From Octopus sinensis (Eukaryota), in the NCBI RefSeq assembly GCF_006345805.1, contig NC_043010.1:19840001-19904000 (forward strand): a stretch of 64,000 nucleotides of DNA. The letters run 5' to 3'. The notes under the pieces were generated by a model. It searched no databases, was not told the origin of the DNA, and saw only the letters and a list, made by a program, of their open reading frames with translations. This document shows, in pieces, positions 13,214 to 26,699 of the stretch. How positions within the stretch are numbered: the first letter of the stretch is position 1; every line of letters begins with the position of its first letter. Both the position numbers and the translations under genes were made by a program.

Positions 13214-13460
13214 CAGTGTTTCTCAACCTTTCTTTTACTTATGAATCCGCTGAGTCATTCGATGTTTTAAAAAAATCCTATTGTATTTTTATAATTAAAT
13301 ATTATAAAGAATCGTATTAAAAAAGTTGTTAAAATATTTTATTTATTGTAGAAGTATAACCAAGTTATTGCAGATAATTTTTAACAACTAAACCTCATAT
13401 GAACCCCCATGGGTCAAGTAGGCCCCTGAAAGCCATATGGACCATGGTTGAGAACTAGTG
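13214..13460. mobile_element. hAT/Charlie-type MITE (related copies near 22070-22330 and 23390-23460)
   Basis: Termini CAGTGTTTCTCAACC...GGTTGAGAACTAGTG; partial 8-bp TSD CTCTAAGT/CTCTATAT. Confidence 0.7.
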
Positions 13461-13881
13461 CTCTATATGGTTGCTCAGTCTGCCAGAAATAGTAGTGAAA
13501 TCTCCCTCAAACCACACCCAATCATCTTAACAAAGGACACGATAATGTAGTCCGAGATACATCTCTATGAAAAAAGACAGGCTGGTGATCATTTGAATGT
13601 CCTTGAGCGATTAAAAATAACGGACAGGCTCCTGGATTATAGGGAGCTACAGGACCAACGCTAAAAACAGATAAACATGTGACTACAAGACCATTATTGA
13701 AGCTGCTTTGTAATATTGTTGTAGCAGTGACTAAGATACCTAAATGGAGGAGAGGGGAGAGTCTCAGAGAGTATGGCAGTTGGAAAGGCAAAAAAAACCC
13801 TGAGAGGCACAATGTTAAAAGAGTTCAGTTTGGTTATCCTGAATGGGAGACAGAGTGTCATTGAAAATTAGACTAAGGGGT

Positions 13882-14508
13882 GGTGCAGCAGTGGCTGGGT
13901 GGTATGAAGCTTGCTTCTTTAAGGCGGCAAGCTAGCAGAAACGTTAGCATGCCAGGTGAAATGCTTAGCGGTATTTCATCTGTCTTTACATTCTGAGTTC
14001 AAATTCCGCCAAGGTCGACTTTGCCTTTCATCCTTTCAGGATCAATTAAAGAAGTACCACTTATGCACTGGGGTCGATATAATCGACTTAATTCGTTTGT
14101 TTGTCCCCCTCTGTGTGTAGCCTCTTGTGGGCAGTAAAGAAATAAGAAGCTTGCTTCCCAACCACATGGTTCCAGGTTCAGTCGCACTGCATAGCAACTG
14201 GGCAAGTGTCTTCTACTAGGGCCTCGGGTTGACCAAAACCTTTTTAGTGGATTTGGTAGATGGAAACTGAAAGAAGCCCATCATATGTGTGTGTGTGCAT
14301 GCATAGGTGTTTATATGTCTGTGTTTGTCTCACCACAATCACTTGACAACTGATGTTGGTGTGTCTACGTCCCCATAACTTAGCAGTTCAGCAAAAGAGA
14401 CCAATAGAATAAGTACTGGGCTTACAAAGAATAAGTCCTGGGGTCGATTTGTTTGAGTAAAGGCGGTGCTCTAGCATGGCCAGTCAACTGACTGAAACGA
14501 GTAAAAAT
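13882..14508 (+). mobile_element. SINE family A (tRNA-like head, internal microsatellite), with a family B copy nested inside
   Basis: A-box GTGGCTG(G/T)GTGGTA, B-box GGTTCAGTC, body GGGCAAGTGTCTTCTACT, tail GACTGAAAC.AGTAAAA. Confidence 0.88.
13918..14145 (+). mobile_element. SINE family B copy (Tx1-tail variant) nested in SINE A
   Basis: 12-bp TSD GAAGCTTGCTTC at 13906-13917 and 14146-14157. Confidence 0.9.
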
Positions 14509-14955
14509 AGCAAGGCATGAAGAAGTAGGTTTCTTGAAATCACAACACTACAGCAACCGGATACCTTTGTACAAAAGCATAACAATAGCCAGCTTTTGGT
14601 AACAGCTTTTGTAGATTTTATCAGGTCCTTGAGTAGTGCAGATAAGCTAAACTGCTTGGAAGGTAGTACATTGTTATGGTTTGCTGGGGAAGTATGTCAA
14701 TCTAATAGGTGCAAATACAACAAAGAAGTACATGTTGAGTAAGCATAGTCAACAAATAAATTTAAAGTTGGCAATGGAGAGCTGCAAGGAGGTGTTCTAT
14801 CAGCTCTGTCTTGTTGTTCAAATTATATCATGAAGGAAACGGAGATGGAGGGGAAGGAACTGAACTAGTTTATAGAAAGCATTTGGTTAGGGTTAGGATT
14901 TGGATTATGAAGGCATTGTTTTGTTCAGAAATAAAACATCAAAAAGACAAAGAAT

Positions 14956-15983
14956 AACAAGAGCGTTCAGAGAGCACAAACCTCTGCCAAGGCAACACCA
15001 ACGTCCTCTCAACAATTAGTCAGAGATGACTTTTAAAATGAGAATATCTGAAATAAACTCAACTGCTCTCTGAAACAAGAATAGTAAAAATGAACGTGAC
15101 TGCTCTCAAAATTAAGTAAAAAAAAAGCAGAAAATTAATCCAGAATCCTTGTCCAGTACCTGATCAATCCCAATGGTAGTCATGGAATATGAAGGTGGGT
15201 TTGCGGGCCATGTTTGTAATGCTGTGTGTGTCATCTGCAGTGGAAACAGGGACAGTTTTCTCTACAAAGGTCTTTTTTAGTCTATTCACTGATATAGTGT
15301 CTTTACGACCATTAAGGTCTATAGTAAAAAAATTATCCATGTGGGAAAGAAAATGGAAAGGACCTGCATACGGTGCTGTTAACGGAGGTTTAACAACATC
15401 ATTGCACACAAAAACTTGAGTCCAAGAAGTAAAGCTTCCTTCAAGGCAGAGCTAGAAATGCAATTGTCAAGTAGGTAAGAGGTTTTAAACAGGAGCGCTA
15501 AATTTGAAATTGGTAAAACTAAAAATTGTTGAGGATAAATTAAATTTATTATTGTTACTGAATATGCTAGTGTTATTTAATTTCTGAATGGTTTGGCTGC
15601 AGTTTGTTTATGTAGTTTGATGTCTTTATCCATTAGTTTCTACTAAGATAGAGATGCGAGTAAAATTAAGAACAGAGAAACAAAAATAAAACTTTAGAAA
15701 CAAAGAGGCCATCATAATTTACATGGAACCATGAGTGTGCTTTCAAGAGAGATAATCAGAGATCGTAGTAATTCATGTAAAGTAAAGTAAATATAACAAA
15801 TAATCCAGAACCCTTGTCCGGTACAGGATCAATCCCAAAATCTAATCAGTTCATGCTAGGCACGAGGCCAAACATCCCTGAAAGTTTCATCCAAATCCAT
15901 CCAGCGGTTCTTGAGATATCTTGTCCACGGACAAACATACTCAACTGAAACAATACCTCCACCTTCGCTAAGTTGGAGGTAAT
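14956..15983. mobile_element. HINE/Helentron-like non-autonomous element in two parts
   Basis: Starts AACAAGAGC...AACCTCTGCCAAGG and ends in the hairpin ACCTCC-N14-GGAGGTAAT. A ~40-bp segment (AATCCAGAA.CCTTGTCC.GTAC..GATCAATCCCAA) occurs at both ~15135 and ~15800. The family call rests on terminal structure only. Confidence 0.5.
15180..15425 (-). pseudogene. Gypsy-like LTR retrotransposon pol C-terminal fragment
   Basis: KPPLTAPYAGPFHFLSHMDNFFTIDLNGRKDTISVNRLK resembles the GPY/F-type integrase tail of Gypsy elements. Confidence 0.75.
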
Positions 15984-16029
15984 AAAAAATCATCAAGTAA
16001 ACAAAAGAAACGTGTCATTGAAATAACCC

Positions 16030-17210
16030 AAATCGCAAATCCCTTCAAGTTGACGGCCCTGCTCAATCTGGAGAACAGGTATAGGTATAAACTCCATAAG
16101 ATGCACCCAGTGTAAGCTTTAGACACATAAAAGGTACAGCAATATCAGAGGAAGGTTAACAGGGAAACTAGTTTTTGTATGTGGAAGATGCACAGGTACA
16201 ATAAATGCTGAAAACATTCAGAAAATAGACTCCATCAACTGTCAGGAGTCAAGCTAGATGTAGTAGATAACTTCTGTTATCTAGATGACCAAGTTAGTAG
16301 TGGAGGTGGACGCTCCGAGAGCATAGCTGTGAGAATAAGATTAGTATGGACAAAGTTCAGAAAGTTCTTACTCCAGCTGGCAACAAAGGGCCTCTCTCTC
16401 AGAGTGAAAGGCAGATTGTTTGATGCCTGTGTGCAAACAGCTATGCTGCATGGCAGTAAAATGTGGGCTGTGACAGCCAAGGATATTGTGTAGGCTTGAA
16501 AGAAATGAAGCCAGTATGCTTCACTGGATGTGCAATATCAGTGTGCATGTTCGACAGAGTGTAAAAGTTCTGAAAGAAAAGTTGGACATAAGAGGCATCA
16601 AATGTGATGTGCACTGGTATGGTCATGTGATGTGTATGGATGATAACAGCTGTGTGGAGAAGTGTCACACTCCAATGATGGAAGAAACCTGTGGTAGAAG
16701 TAGACCCAGGAAGACAGGGAATGAGGTGGTGAAGCATGATCTTCGAACTTAGGCAATGTGTTGTGCTGGAGAGGACCCATCAAGTCAAGTGCACCCATGC
16801 TGGTGGCATGTAAAGAACACCTTTCGAGTGTTTAGCCTCATGGAGGCAAAGTGGTTGAGTTGCTTCTGAGTGTTGGGCCTCTCAGAGGCAATGACCAAGA
16901 ACTTTGGCATTATGCTGTGCTTGAGAAGACCCATCAGGCCAAGGAAAATCGCAGTTGTCCAGATACTGGTGTCATGCAAACTGGCACACATACTAGTGGC
17001 ATGTAAAAGCACTCCAGTGTCACGCAAATGGAAAACATGCCAGAGGCACATAAAAGCACCCATTACACTCTTGGAGTGGTTGGCATTCAGAAGGGCATCC
17101 AGCCATAGAAAACCATGCCAAATCAGACTGGAGTCTGGTACAGTTCACCAATCCGGTCAAACCATCCAACCCATGCCAGCATGGACAAGGGACATTAAAT
17201 GATGATGATG
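16030..17210 (+). mobile_element. RTE-clade LINE 3' fragment (ORF C-terminus, 3' UTR, (GAT)n tail)
   Basis: LERNEASMLHWMCN...WYGHVMCMD...GRSRPRKT, followed by CCAACCCATGCCAGCATGG...ATGATGATG. Confidence 0.9.
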
Positions 17211-17317
17211 AAAGAGTGAAGTATAAATATCTTATTATACAACACTAATAAGAAACACCTCAATACAAGTGAAATTCCATTACTACAAATACCCATATAA
17301 TAAATATTTCAGTATTT

Positions 17318-17529
17318 CTTTTATTCTTTTACTTGTTTCAGTCATTTGACTGCAGCCATGATGAAGCACCACCTTTACTGGAACAAATCAACCCCAAGAC
17401 TTCTTTGTAAGCCTAGTACTTAGTCTACTGGCCTCTTTTGCTGAACCACTAAGTTACAGGGACGTAAACACACCAGCATCGGTTGTCAAGCAATGGGGGT
17501 GGGACAAAGACACACAAATATATACATAC

Positions 17530-17572
<43 letters not shown>

Positions 17573-17733
17573 GACGGGCTTCTTTCAGTTTCCATCTACC
17601 AAATCTACTCACAAGGCTTTGGTCAACCCAAGGCTATAGTAGAAGACACTTGCCCAAGGTGCCATGCAGTGGGACTGAACCCGGAAACCATGTGGCTGGG
17701 AAGCAAGCTTCTTACTACACAGCCATGCCTATG
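17318..17733 (-). mobile_element. SINE family A copy
   Basis: Full-length reverse copy with internal (TA)n. Confidence 0.88.
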
Positions 17734-18418
17734 CCAGAGTAGTAAAAATCCTATTGAAACAACACAGAATGAGTCTTGTACTAACCAAATATTCCATGAT
17801 AGATTTTTATTCCTTGTTGACATGACATTGAAATATTCATATTTTTAACACAGGTAAAGAGAAAGTCTCTTCACAATTAGTTTCTGACGATCTCGTTAGG
17901 ACAAATTTTTCATCATAACAAATCTTTTTTATCTTCCACCAATTTTGTTGTAATGAAACTTCACCTGTACAGTGAGGAGAACCAAGGTGCAGCAATCAAA
18001 GTATAGCTAATAGTTTTGAAATCTTTGAAAGTAAGACCTCACCAAGGATGCTGATAACCAAATGACATGATTTTACGATAAACTGCTGTTCAAGTCCTAA
18101 AGATTAATGATGTTGGTGTGTTTATGTCTCCGAAACTTAGTGGTTCAACAAAAGAGACTGATAGAATAAGCACTAGGCTTACAAAGAAGAAGTTTTAGGG
18201 TTAGTTAGTTCGACTAAAGGTGCTCCAGCATGGCCACAGTCAAATGACTGAAACGTGTAAAAGAGTAAAAATAGGTCATGTGCTTTGGTCTCAGCCTGAA
18301 GACCAGCTAAAACATGAGACAGTAAAATGGACAGTGGAAGGTAAGAGAAGAGAAAGACCTGTGTCTCCCTGGCTGACAACAATGCAGAGGAGGAAAAAGA
18401 AGTCAAGATGATGTAGAG

Positions 18419-21074
18419 CAGACATGTCAAACTCCTGGCCTGTGTAGCAATTTCATCCGACCTGCAGGACCATTTTGATATCAGCATGAAATTGGTCCAA
18501 ATGGTGGCATCAGCAAATAGAGCACTTTGCTGCCCTCAGCAACACCCATGCCTTCTTGTTACAATTACACTTATAAAGGGTGTGGCTAAAGCAGGCCTTT
18601 ACATTATATATAGCACTGACTGCACTACCTTTCTTACTAAGGGTGTAAGTAGCAATAATTTAATACACGACTAGAAACAATACAACTGTAACTACTACAC
18701 CCTGTCTGTACAAAAAAAAACACACCTTAAAGAGGCAGGATAATAGTCACAAGTCTTTATTGTAACTGCAACAAAGTAGGCTGAGAAACACCTCCTTCGA
18801 TTCTCTAATTGCACGTTGTGAAGCACTGATGATGCAAAATCTACTAATCCCATAATGCACCACAACAGCCGCCTTACTGCTCTTTCGGGTGACCATTTTC
18901 AAGTGACATCATTCAGTAGTAGTAGCTATCTATATGAATGGTCAAGAGAAAAGTCAATACTGAAAACAGAACCTTTCAAATCCGGTGGGAAACTGAGAAC
19001 ATGTTTACTGACATCGATGGTAAACCCATGTGTATTAATTTTGGTGCTAATGTTGCTGTACTTGAAGAGTATAATCTCAAATGCCACCACAAGACAAAAC
19101 ATGAGGACAAGTATAAATACCTCACTGCTGATCAGAAGCAATGAAAGGTAGAAGAGTTGAAGAGGAATCTCACATTACAACAGACTTTTTTAACCAAAGC
19201 AAAATCACAAAGTGAAGCTGCTGTTAAAGCAAGTTTTATGTCGGTTAAATTTTATTGTTGGCAGAGGAGATCGCAAAATCAGCCCGGTCATTTACTGAAG
19301 GAGAGTTTGTGAAGAGCTGTGTGGTGAAAATGGGTGACATTTTGTGTCCGGACAAGAAGCAACTGTTTGCTAATGTGAGTATTAGCAGAAATATGGTTGC
19401 TGATCAGGTGTGTGAGATGGCCACTGATTTGAAAACACAGTTGATTGAAAAAGGAAAAGATTTTGTTGCATACTCTCTTACTGTGGAGAAAACTACTGAC
19501 ACGATTGATACGGCACAGCTGGCTATCATCATCCATGGAGTGGACTCCTATTTGTTTGTCATGGAGGAAATTTTAGACATTAAATCGATGCAGTGGACAA
19601 CAGGAAAGGACCTTTTTGAAAACAATATGTCAGAGTGTAACTGACACGATACTGCCTTGGGACAAACTTGTTGGACTTACAACAGATGGAGCACTAGCGA
19701 TATGCGGTGAAAAAAGTGGACTAGTGGGTAGGATGCGTTTAAAGATGCAAGAAGAGAACTGCGCTGGTGAGTTGACAACATATCACTGCATCATACAGCA
19801 GGAAATGCTGTGTGCTAAAGCCTTAAAAACGAAACAAGTAATGAGGACTGTAACACAAACCGTAGACTCTATCTGAGCCAAAGGGTTAAATCACCACCAA
19901 TTTCAGTCTTTCCAGCAGAAAATACATTCAGAGTTCGGTGATGTTCCTTACCATACGGAGGTGCAGTGGCTCAGTCAGGGAAAGTTCCTCAATATAGTTT
20001 TTGAGCTGGTTGAGGAGATATGTAAGTTCTTGGACATGAAAAGAAAAGAATCCAAAGTTCTGCAGGATGAAAAGTTGGCATTTCTGGTTGACATAACTGC
20101 ACATCTCAACGTTTTAAACATCCAGCTCCAGGGATGGGATCACATGATCTGTGATATGAATGACGCAGTGAATGCATTTCAAGTGAAGCTGTGCCTATGG
20201 GTGACACAAATGCACCAATTGAATTTCTCTCACTGTTGCCAAGTAATGATGAGCCAAGTCAGCACCATGGCATTCCCAAAGCAACACTTTGCTGATAAAT
20301 TGAGTGTGCTCCGCACTGAATTCACATGGTGCTTTAGTAACTTTGAAGCGCATAATATTAATTTCGAGCTGCTTCACAAACCATTTACCATCAATGTGGA
20401 AACTGCACCTGTACAGATTCAGATGGAGCTGAGAGAACTGTAGTGTAATGGGACATTAAAAGCAAAGTACAACTCTGTGGGTCACGCACAGTTCACTCGT
20501 TTCATACCTGAAGCAAAGCCCTAGCTCCGTTTACATGCAGCTCGGACACTGTCTTTGTTTGGAAGCTCATGTCTGTGCAAGCAGCTGTTCTCTGAGATGA
20601 AGATGAATAAAACATCACATAGGAGTCGTCTCACAGATGAACACCTGCAATCCATCCTGAGAGTCTCAACAACACAGAACCTTGCCTCAAACATCAATGA
20701 ACTCGTTGCCAAGAAAAGATGCCAAGTATGTATCTTGGACAAAATTGCATAAAGAAAATTTGAAAGTTTTGATTTATCATTTTAATTTTCACTAAAACAC
20801 AAATTTTTGAATTATATTTTCTTTTTTTTTTTTTGCAACATGTTCTTATTTTAAATTTTTATAATTTTGACAGGAGATATTTCTATGCAGAGCGAAATAT
20901 TTTAAGTAGTTTAAGTTAAAGTTAATTTATTTTTGGAATGAAATTATATACCATCTGTTTTAAGACATGTTCAAAAAGTTTTAGTATGTTCAATAAATGT
21001 TTATCCTGTTCGGCCCACGACCTAAAGCGTGCTTTGAGTTTTGGCCCCCTGTGTGATTGAGTTTGACACCCTTG
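18419..21074 (+). mobile_element. Full-length hAT (Charlie/Buster, GTF2IRD2/SPIN-like) transposon
   Basis: Perfect 8-bp TSD ATGTAGAG (18411-18418 and 21075-21082). TIRs CAGACATGTCAAACTC / GAGTTTGACACCCTTG. Confidence 0.95.
18938..20752 (+). pseudogene. Disrupted hAT transposase
   Basis: Successive frames give KRKVNTENRTFQIRWE, TTDTIDTAQLAI, LTTDGALAICG, YHCIIQQE, LAFLVDITAHLNVLN and FGSSCLCKQLFSEMK..KTSHRSRLTDEHL, with several stops and frameshifts. Confidence 0.93.
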
Positions 21075-22945
21075 ATGTAGAGGCTGAAACAAGGGCACAG
21101 AATAGATAGAATAGCTGATCAAAATAGACAGAGGCTCTTTTATACAGCATTGGATTGGAGGAAGCAACAGTAACATAACTATACAGTCGCCGCTGGCCTC
21201 CGTGCCGGTGGCACATAAAAAGCACCATCCAATTGTGGCCGTTGCCAGCCTCGTTTGGCACCTGTGGCACGTAAAAAGCACCCACTACACTCACGCAGTG
21301 GTTAGCGTTAGGAAGGGTATCCATGTGTAGAAACACTGCCAGAACAGACTGGGCCTAGTGCAGCCTCCTGGCTTCCCAGACCCCAGTTGAACTGTCCAAC
21401 CCATGCAAGCATGGAAAGCAGACGTTAAACGATGATGATGATGAATACACACCAGATCCTCACTATCACATGGCATGCCACTGCACAACAAGTCTTCACT
21501 ACAACATGCCACCACACAACTTGTGCAGGACAGTACATGCAACTCACATGACCTTGAGAAAGAAAGTATACAGTCTTTTCTCAAACCAGAATGCTGGACT
21601 TGTGGTTTTGTATTTGAATAATTTCTCCAATTTGCCACAAGTTTGCTGAAGCCCAACTAACACAACACAATAAAATGTACTTTTTGAACATTGTGTGTGT
21701 GTGTGTGTGTATAAGTGCATAGATATAAAAATGCATATAGATAGGCATCACATTCAGTTCACTGTTGAGTGATTTCATGTGGAACATCAAGCTGTGAGAA
21801 CATTTGGTTTTCAACAATACATGCTGCAAGTGATTGATTTTAGCACAAACAGCCACCAAGCTGAGGGAAGAGATCAGATTGACAACTAGGAGCACAGAAG
21901 GAAGAAACAACTACTACAACAACAGCTATAGGATTGTGAGAGATAAGCTAATCATAAAACATTGCATTTTGTGTTCATTTGTCCCTTATAGTCCTCTACA
22001 GTTGAACAGGTGCTGTAATCTGTTTGTTCTTGGTCACCCCAGCTTCAAGTAACACTGTCAAAGTTTTTATATCAGTTATACTCAACCATTTTTTACCTCT
22101 GGGCTCATTTTGATTCCCGTTTTACTCAGGTGGACCCCCATAGCCACTCAAAGTTTTTTTAAAAAACCTTATTGTATATTTACAATTAAATTTTAGGAAT
22201 TGTATAAAAAGAATTGTACAAATATTTTTGTGTGTTATAGAAGTATAACCAAAATTTATTGCAGATAAATTTTAACAAACTCTTATATGGAATTCTATGG
22301 GTCATGTACAGCCTAGTTGAAAGCTACTGCTCTCTATTGTCACTCAACCTTTTATAAAAAGCAGTCAAATATCACAGCTCATATGAGGTCTAATAAGACT
22401 GAAACATGCACAGAGTTGTCATTCATATTTCCTGAAAGGGTTAAAATAACACAAGTCATTAGGCTAATATTGTCCTTTCTTCGTTTAATAATCATTTCAA
22501 CTGCAATGTCCCACATAGAAGTCAACAAACTATTTGTCAGTTAACATATTACATTGTGTGTGTGTGTGTGTTAACACTGAGTTTAAAGGCCAAGATATCC
22601 AAGTGAAAGGAACCAGTAGAAGACCAAAGATGACATGGAAAGAATGAGAGGTATGATCTTAGGAGAATGGATCTTATGAAGGATATGGCAAGAGAGTGCA
22701 AGAAATAACATGCTAAAGACCTGTCCAATTCATGAAAGCATGGAAAAACAGATGTAAAATGACGATTATGGTACATTAACTAGTTCTGACAGTGCTGAGT
22801 TGTCATCTACCCTGTGGTACCTATGAACAGCTAGATGCACTTACTCATTGAGAATTAACTGCTTTAGTCATGATCTACTGATTGCCCAGTTATTATACAA
22901 TAATGTCCTTGTTAACTCAACCAGTCATAATAATTCCATATATAT

Positions 22946-23300
22946 AGGCACAGGTGTGGCCACGTGGTAAGAAGCTTGCTTCCCAACCACATGGTTCTGG
23001 GTTCAGTCCTACTGCATGGCACCATGGGCAAGTGTCTTCTACTATAGCCTCGGGCTGACCAAAGCCTTGTGAGTGGATTTGGTTGGCAGAAACTGAAAGA
23101 AGCCCATTGTGTGTGTGTGTGTGTGTGTGTGTGTTTGTGTTTGTGTCTTTGTTTATCCCCCCACCAACCATTGCTTGACAACTGATGTTGGTGTGTCTAC
23201 ATCCCCATACCTTAGTTGTTCACCAAAAGTGCTGATAGAATAAGTACTACGTTTACAAAGAGTAAGTCTTGGCAGTGCTCCAGCAAGGCCGCAGCCAAAT
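22946..23300 (+). mobile_element. SINE family A copy
   Basis: GGCACAGGTGTGGCC..GTGGTAAG head; internal (TG)n. Confidence 0.85.
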
Positions 23301-24440
23301 GTATGGTGTGTGTGCGTTAATTTTTTTTTGTATAAAATTCCTAATAATATTTAATTATAAAAATAGGATTTTCTTTTTCTTTTCTTTAACATGGAGGTCC
23401 AGTAGAGTAAAATGGGCATGAAAGGGATCCACAAACAATAAATGGTTGAGAACTGCTGGTCTACAGCAAGAATTCTTCTCCATCACAAAATACAATGAAT
23501 GGCTTTCTTTTAGATTTGGATATGCCTCAAGCTTATTTGAACTGGTAATAAGTTTAAATTTATCTTTATATATAATGTTGTGAAATCTCATCAACTAATC
23601 TCTTCCTCGATATATCTAAAAATCTGGCCTTGTGCTCAGGTTTAAAATAACTGCCACAACTACCATCATCATCATCAGCAGCAGTATTTCTTTCCATGGG
23701 CCACTACAATCCACTGGGCTGGCCTTTGCTTCCTGTTTCCATAGCATCAATCAAAAGAGGAACCAAACCTCTACAATGATTAGGACACTAATCTACACCA
23801 TCATCATCATTTAACGTCCGTTGTCCATGCTGGCATGGGTTGGACAGTTTGACCAGGGCTGGCAAGCTGGAAGGCTGCACCAGACTCCAGTCTGATTTGG
23901 CATGGTTTCTACAGCTGGATGCCCTTCCTAATGTCAACCACTCCAAGAGTGTAATGGGTGCTTTTGCATGCCACCGGCACAGATGCCATTTGTGTGACAC
24001 CAGTACCTGCCATGACTACAATTTTGCTTGGCTTGATGGGTCTTCTTCTCGAGCACGACAAAATGCCAAAGGTCTCGGTCATTGCCTCCATGAGACCCAA
24101 CACCCGAAAGGAGCTCAGCCACTGTGCCTCTGTGAGGCCCAATACTCAAAAGGTGCTTTTTACGGGACACCAGCACAGGTGCCAGTTACATGTCACCAGC
24201 ATAGGTCATGATTACGATTTCAGAAGATAATATTTCCAATGCAAGGAAAGACTCAGCATTACAAGTCAACAGAGCACCAAACATTGATACAATGCCACCA
24301 CTGTTTAATCTGGTCAATTACAGCATGCTGCACAATCACTACCTGCTGTATTCTCTGGCATTGTATAAACATTTAAATATTCAAGCATCATCACAATCTC
24401 TCCAGGTCTGGCTGGATTTCACATGAAACTTTTGGTCTTC

Positions 24441-24676
24441 CTCTTTCCTTTACTTTATTTCAGTCATTTGACTGCAGCCATGCTGGAGCACCGCCTTTAG
24501 TCGAACAAATCGACCCCAAGACTTCTTCTTTGTAAGCCTAGTACTTAGTCTACTGGGCTCTTTTGCTGAACCACTAAGTTACAGGGACATAAACACACCA
24601 GCATCGGTTGTCAAGTGATAATGGAGGGAAAAAAAACACACACAAACATATACACATACATATATATAATATATAC

Positions 24677-24754
<78 letters not shown>

Positions 24755-24924
24755 GTATATATGATGGGCTTCTTTCAGTTTCCATCTACCAAATCCACTC
24801 ACAAGGCTTTGGTCGACCTAAAGCTATAGTAGAAGACACTTCTCAAGGTGCCATGCAGTGGGACTGAACCTGGAACCATGTGGTTGATAAGCAAGCTACT
24901 TACCACACAGCCACTCCTATGCCT
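24441..24924 (-). mobile_element. SINE family A copy
   Basis: Full-length reverse copy with a long internal (TA)n. Confidence 0.88.
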
Positions 24925-25689
24925 AAGTCATGTTGGCAGATGAGTCAACCAAGCTTTTTTGAGTGCAAATTTTGGCCAGAATAATTTAACCTGTATGCTG
25001 GAACATGCAGTATTAAATAACTCCAGGCAATGAGGGAGCATACATGTTTGTCTAACTGATAAGAAATAACAGCCAAATCGCCCTTAATCCCAGACATATG
25101 TCATAAATGACTCTGTAAGGCAGATAACGGTGATAACTGTGAAGTCAATTATGAATAATTTATGAGATAACGGACAACAGATATTTTGTGTTTACCTACA
25201 CATTTAGCAATTGTTATATTTAGCAATTATAATATTTGTTCCCACCACCAACACCATCATTCTACTTAAATATTGATAATAACAAGTGGAGTAAATAAGA
25301 GTGATTAACATACTCTCAAGAGTATATTAAATAAGAGTGAATAACAGTATTTTATCTAAGAGTGGTTTGAAGTATTCCAATTATTGTCAAGTAGAATATT
25401 TGTGCTGGATTAAAAGGGTCAGTTTAACTGCCAAAGGGTTAAGGTTGTTACAATACAGTGGTTTACCATTTTTGATCATATTCATTCTATAGAAGAAAGC
25501 AAGAATTACTTTGCCTTTATACCATAATTTTTAATGCATTTAGAAGCTAAACTCATGGCATGTCACACATTAGTCCCCATACAAAAGATGACAGACACCA
25601 GAATTTTAATTAATTAATTACAACTGAATTACATGTTGAATTTCTTGTATTGATTCGCATTTTTATAATAGGAAATAATTTACTTTATA

Positions 25690-26053
25690 TCTCTCTTGAG
25701 TGTTTCAGTTATCAGAACTGCAGCCATGAAGGGGCACCATGTTGCAGAGTTTTTAGTCGAACAAATTGACCCCAGCAATTTTTTTTTTAAGCCCAGTACT
25801 TAATCTGTCAGTCTCTTTTGCTGAAATGCTAAGTTATGGGGACATAAATAAACTAACACTGGTTGTCAAGCAGTAGTGGAAGACAAACACACACATGACA
25901 GGCTTCTTTCAGTTTCTGTCAACCAAATCCACTTACAAGGCTTTGGTTGACCCAACGCTATAGTGGAAGACACTTATCCAAGGTGCCACACAATGGGACT
26001 GAACCTAGAACCATGTGGTTGGGAAGCAAACCTCTTACCACACAGCCATGCCT
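25690..26053 (-). mobile_element. SINE family A copy
   Basis: Reverse copy of the family consensus. Confidence 0.8.
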
Positions 26054-26162
26054 TAATAATATTCATAGTTTTAACTTGGCCATCTCTGTCTATTTTACCC
26101 ATTAAGAGAGCTCATTACACACAAAAAGTAAGTACTGGGTTTCTTCAATTAAACCCTTCAAG

Positions 26163-26453
26163 CAGGGTTGTGGAGTCGGAGTTGGAAACAATTAATGGGT
26201 AGCTGGAGTCAGAGTCAGTAAAACTATACCGACTCCGATTCCAACTCACAATGTCTTTATTCTTTAATATAAACCCATTATAACCTATAGACCTACTCAA
26301 AGTACAAGCGTAAGCATATGCTTTATGAGATATGTAGACCACAATCACTTAATTACATAAAGAGGAGTCAAAGTAGGAGTCAGAAGCGGAGTCGGAGGTG
26401 GCAATAGTACAGGAGTTGGAGTCAAAGTTTTTTGTCTCCACTGGACAGCTCTG
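26163..26453. mobile_element. hAT-like MITE with GGAGTC subterminal repeats, inserted into a SINE tail
   Basis: Termini CAGGGTTGTGGAGT...ACTGGACAGCTCTG; TSD CCTTCAAG/CCTTCATG (7/8). SINE sequence resumes at GCAGTGCCCCAGCATGGCC. Confidence 0.75.
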
Positions 26454-26699
26454 CCTTCATGGCAGTGCCCCAGCATGGCCAAATTCCAATGACTGAAACA
26501 AACAAAAGAGAATAACTACCATTTGTTTTTAAATGTAAAATAAGCAAGAACTTAGTGAACAATGTTGTCCTAGATACACTATGCCGACATCTTTTTAAAG
26601 TACTGAACAACTTTGTGGCAGGTGGACTTTGTTGCTGTGGCCTGGGTTGGAACCCGGCCGTATTAATAATAACCTCTCTACTTATCACATTTCAAGAGA

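Noticed and set aside
13882-14200. tRNA-like A/B boxes at SINE heads as tRNA genes
   Set aside because: No complete cloverleaf, and they continue into multi-copy SINE bodies.
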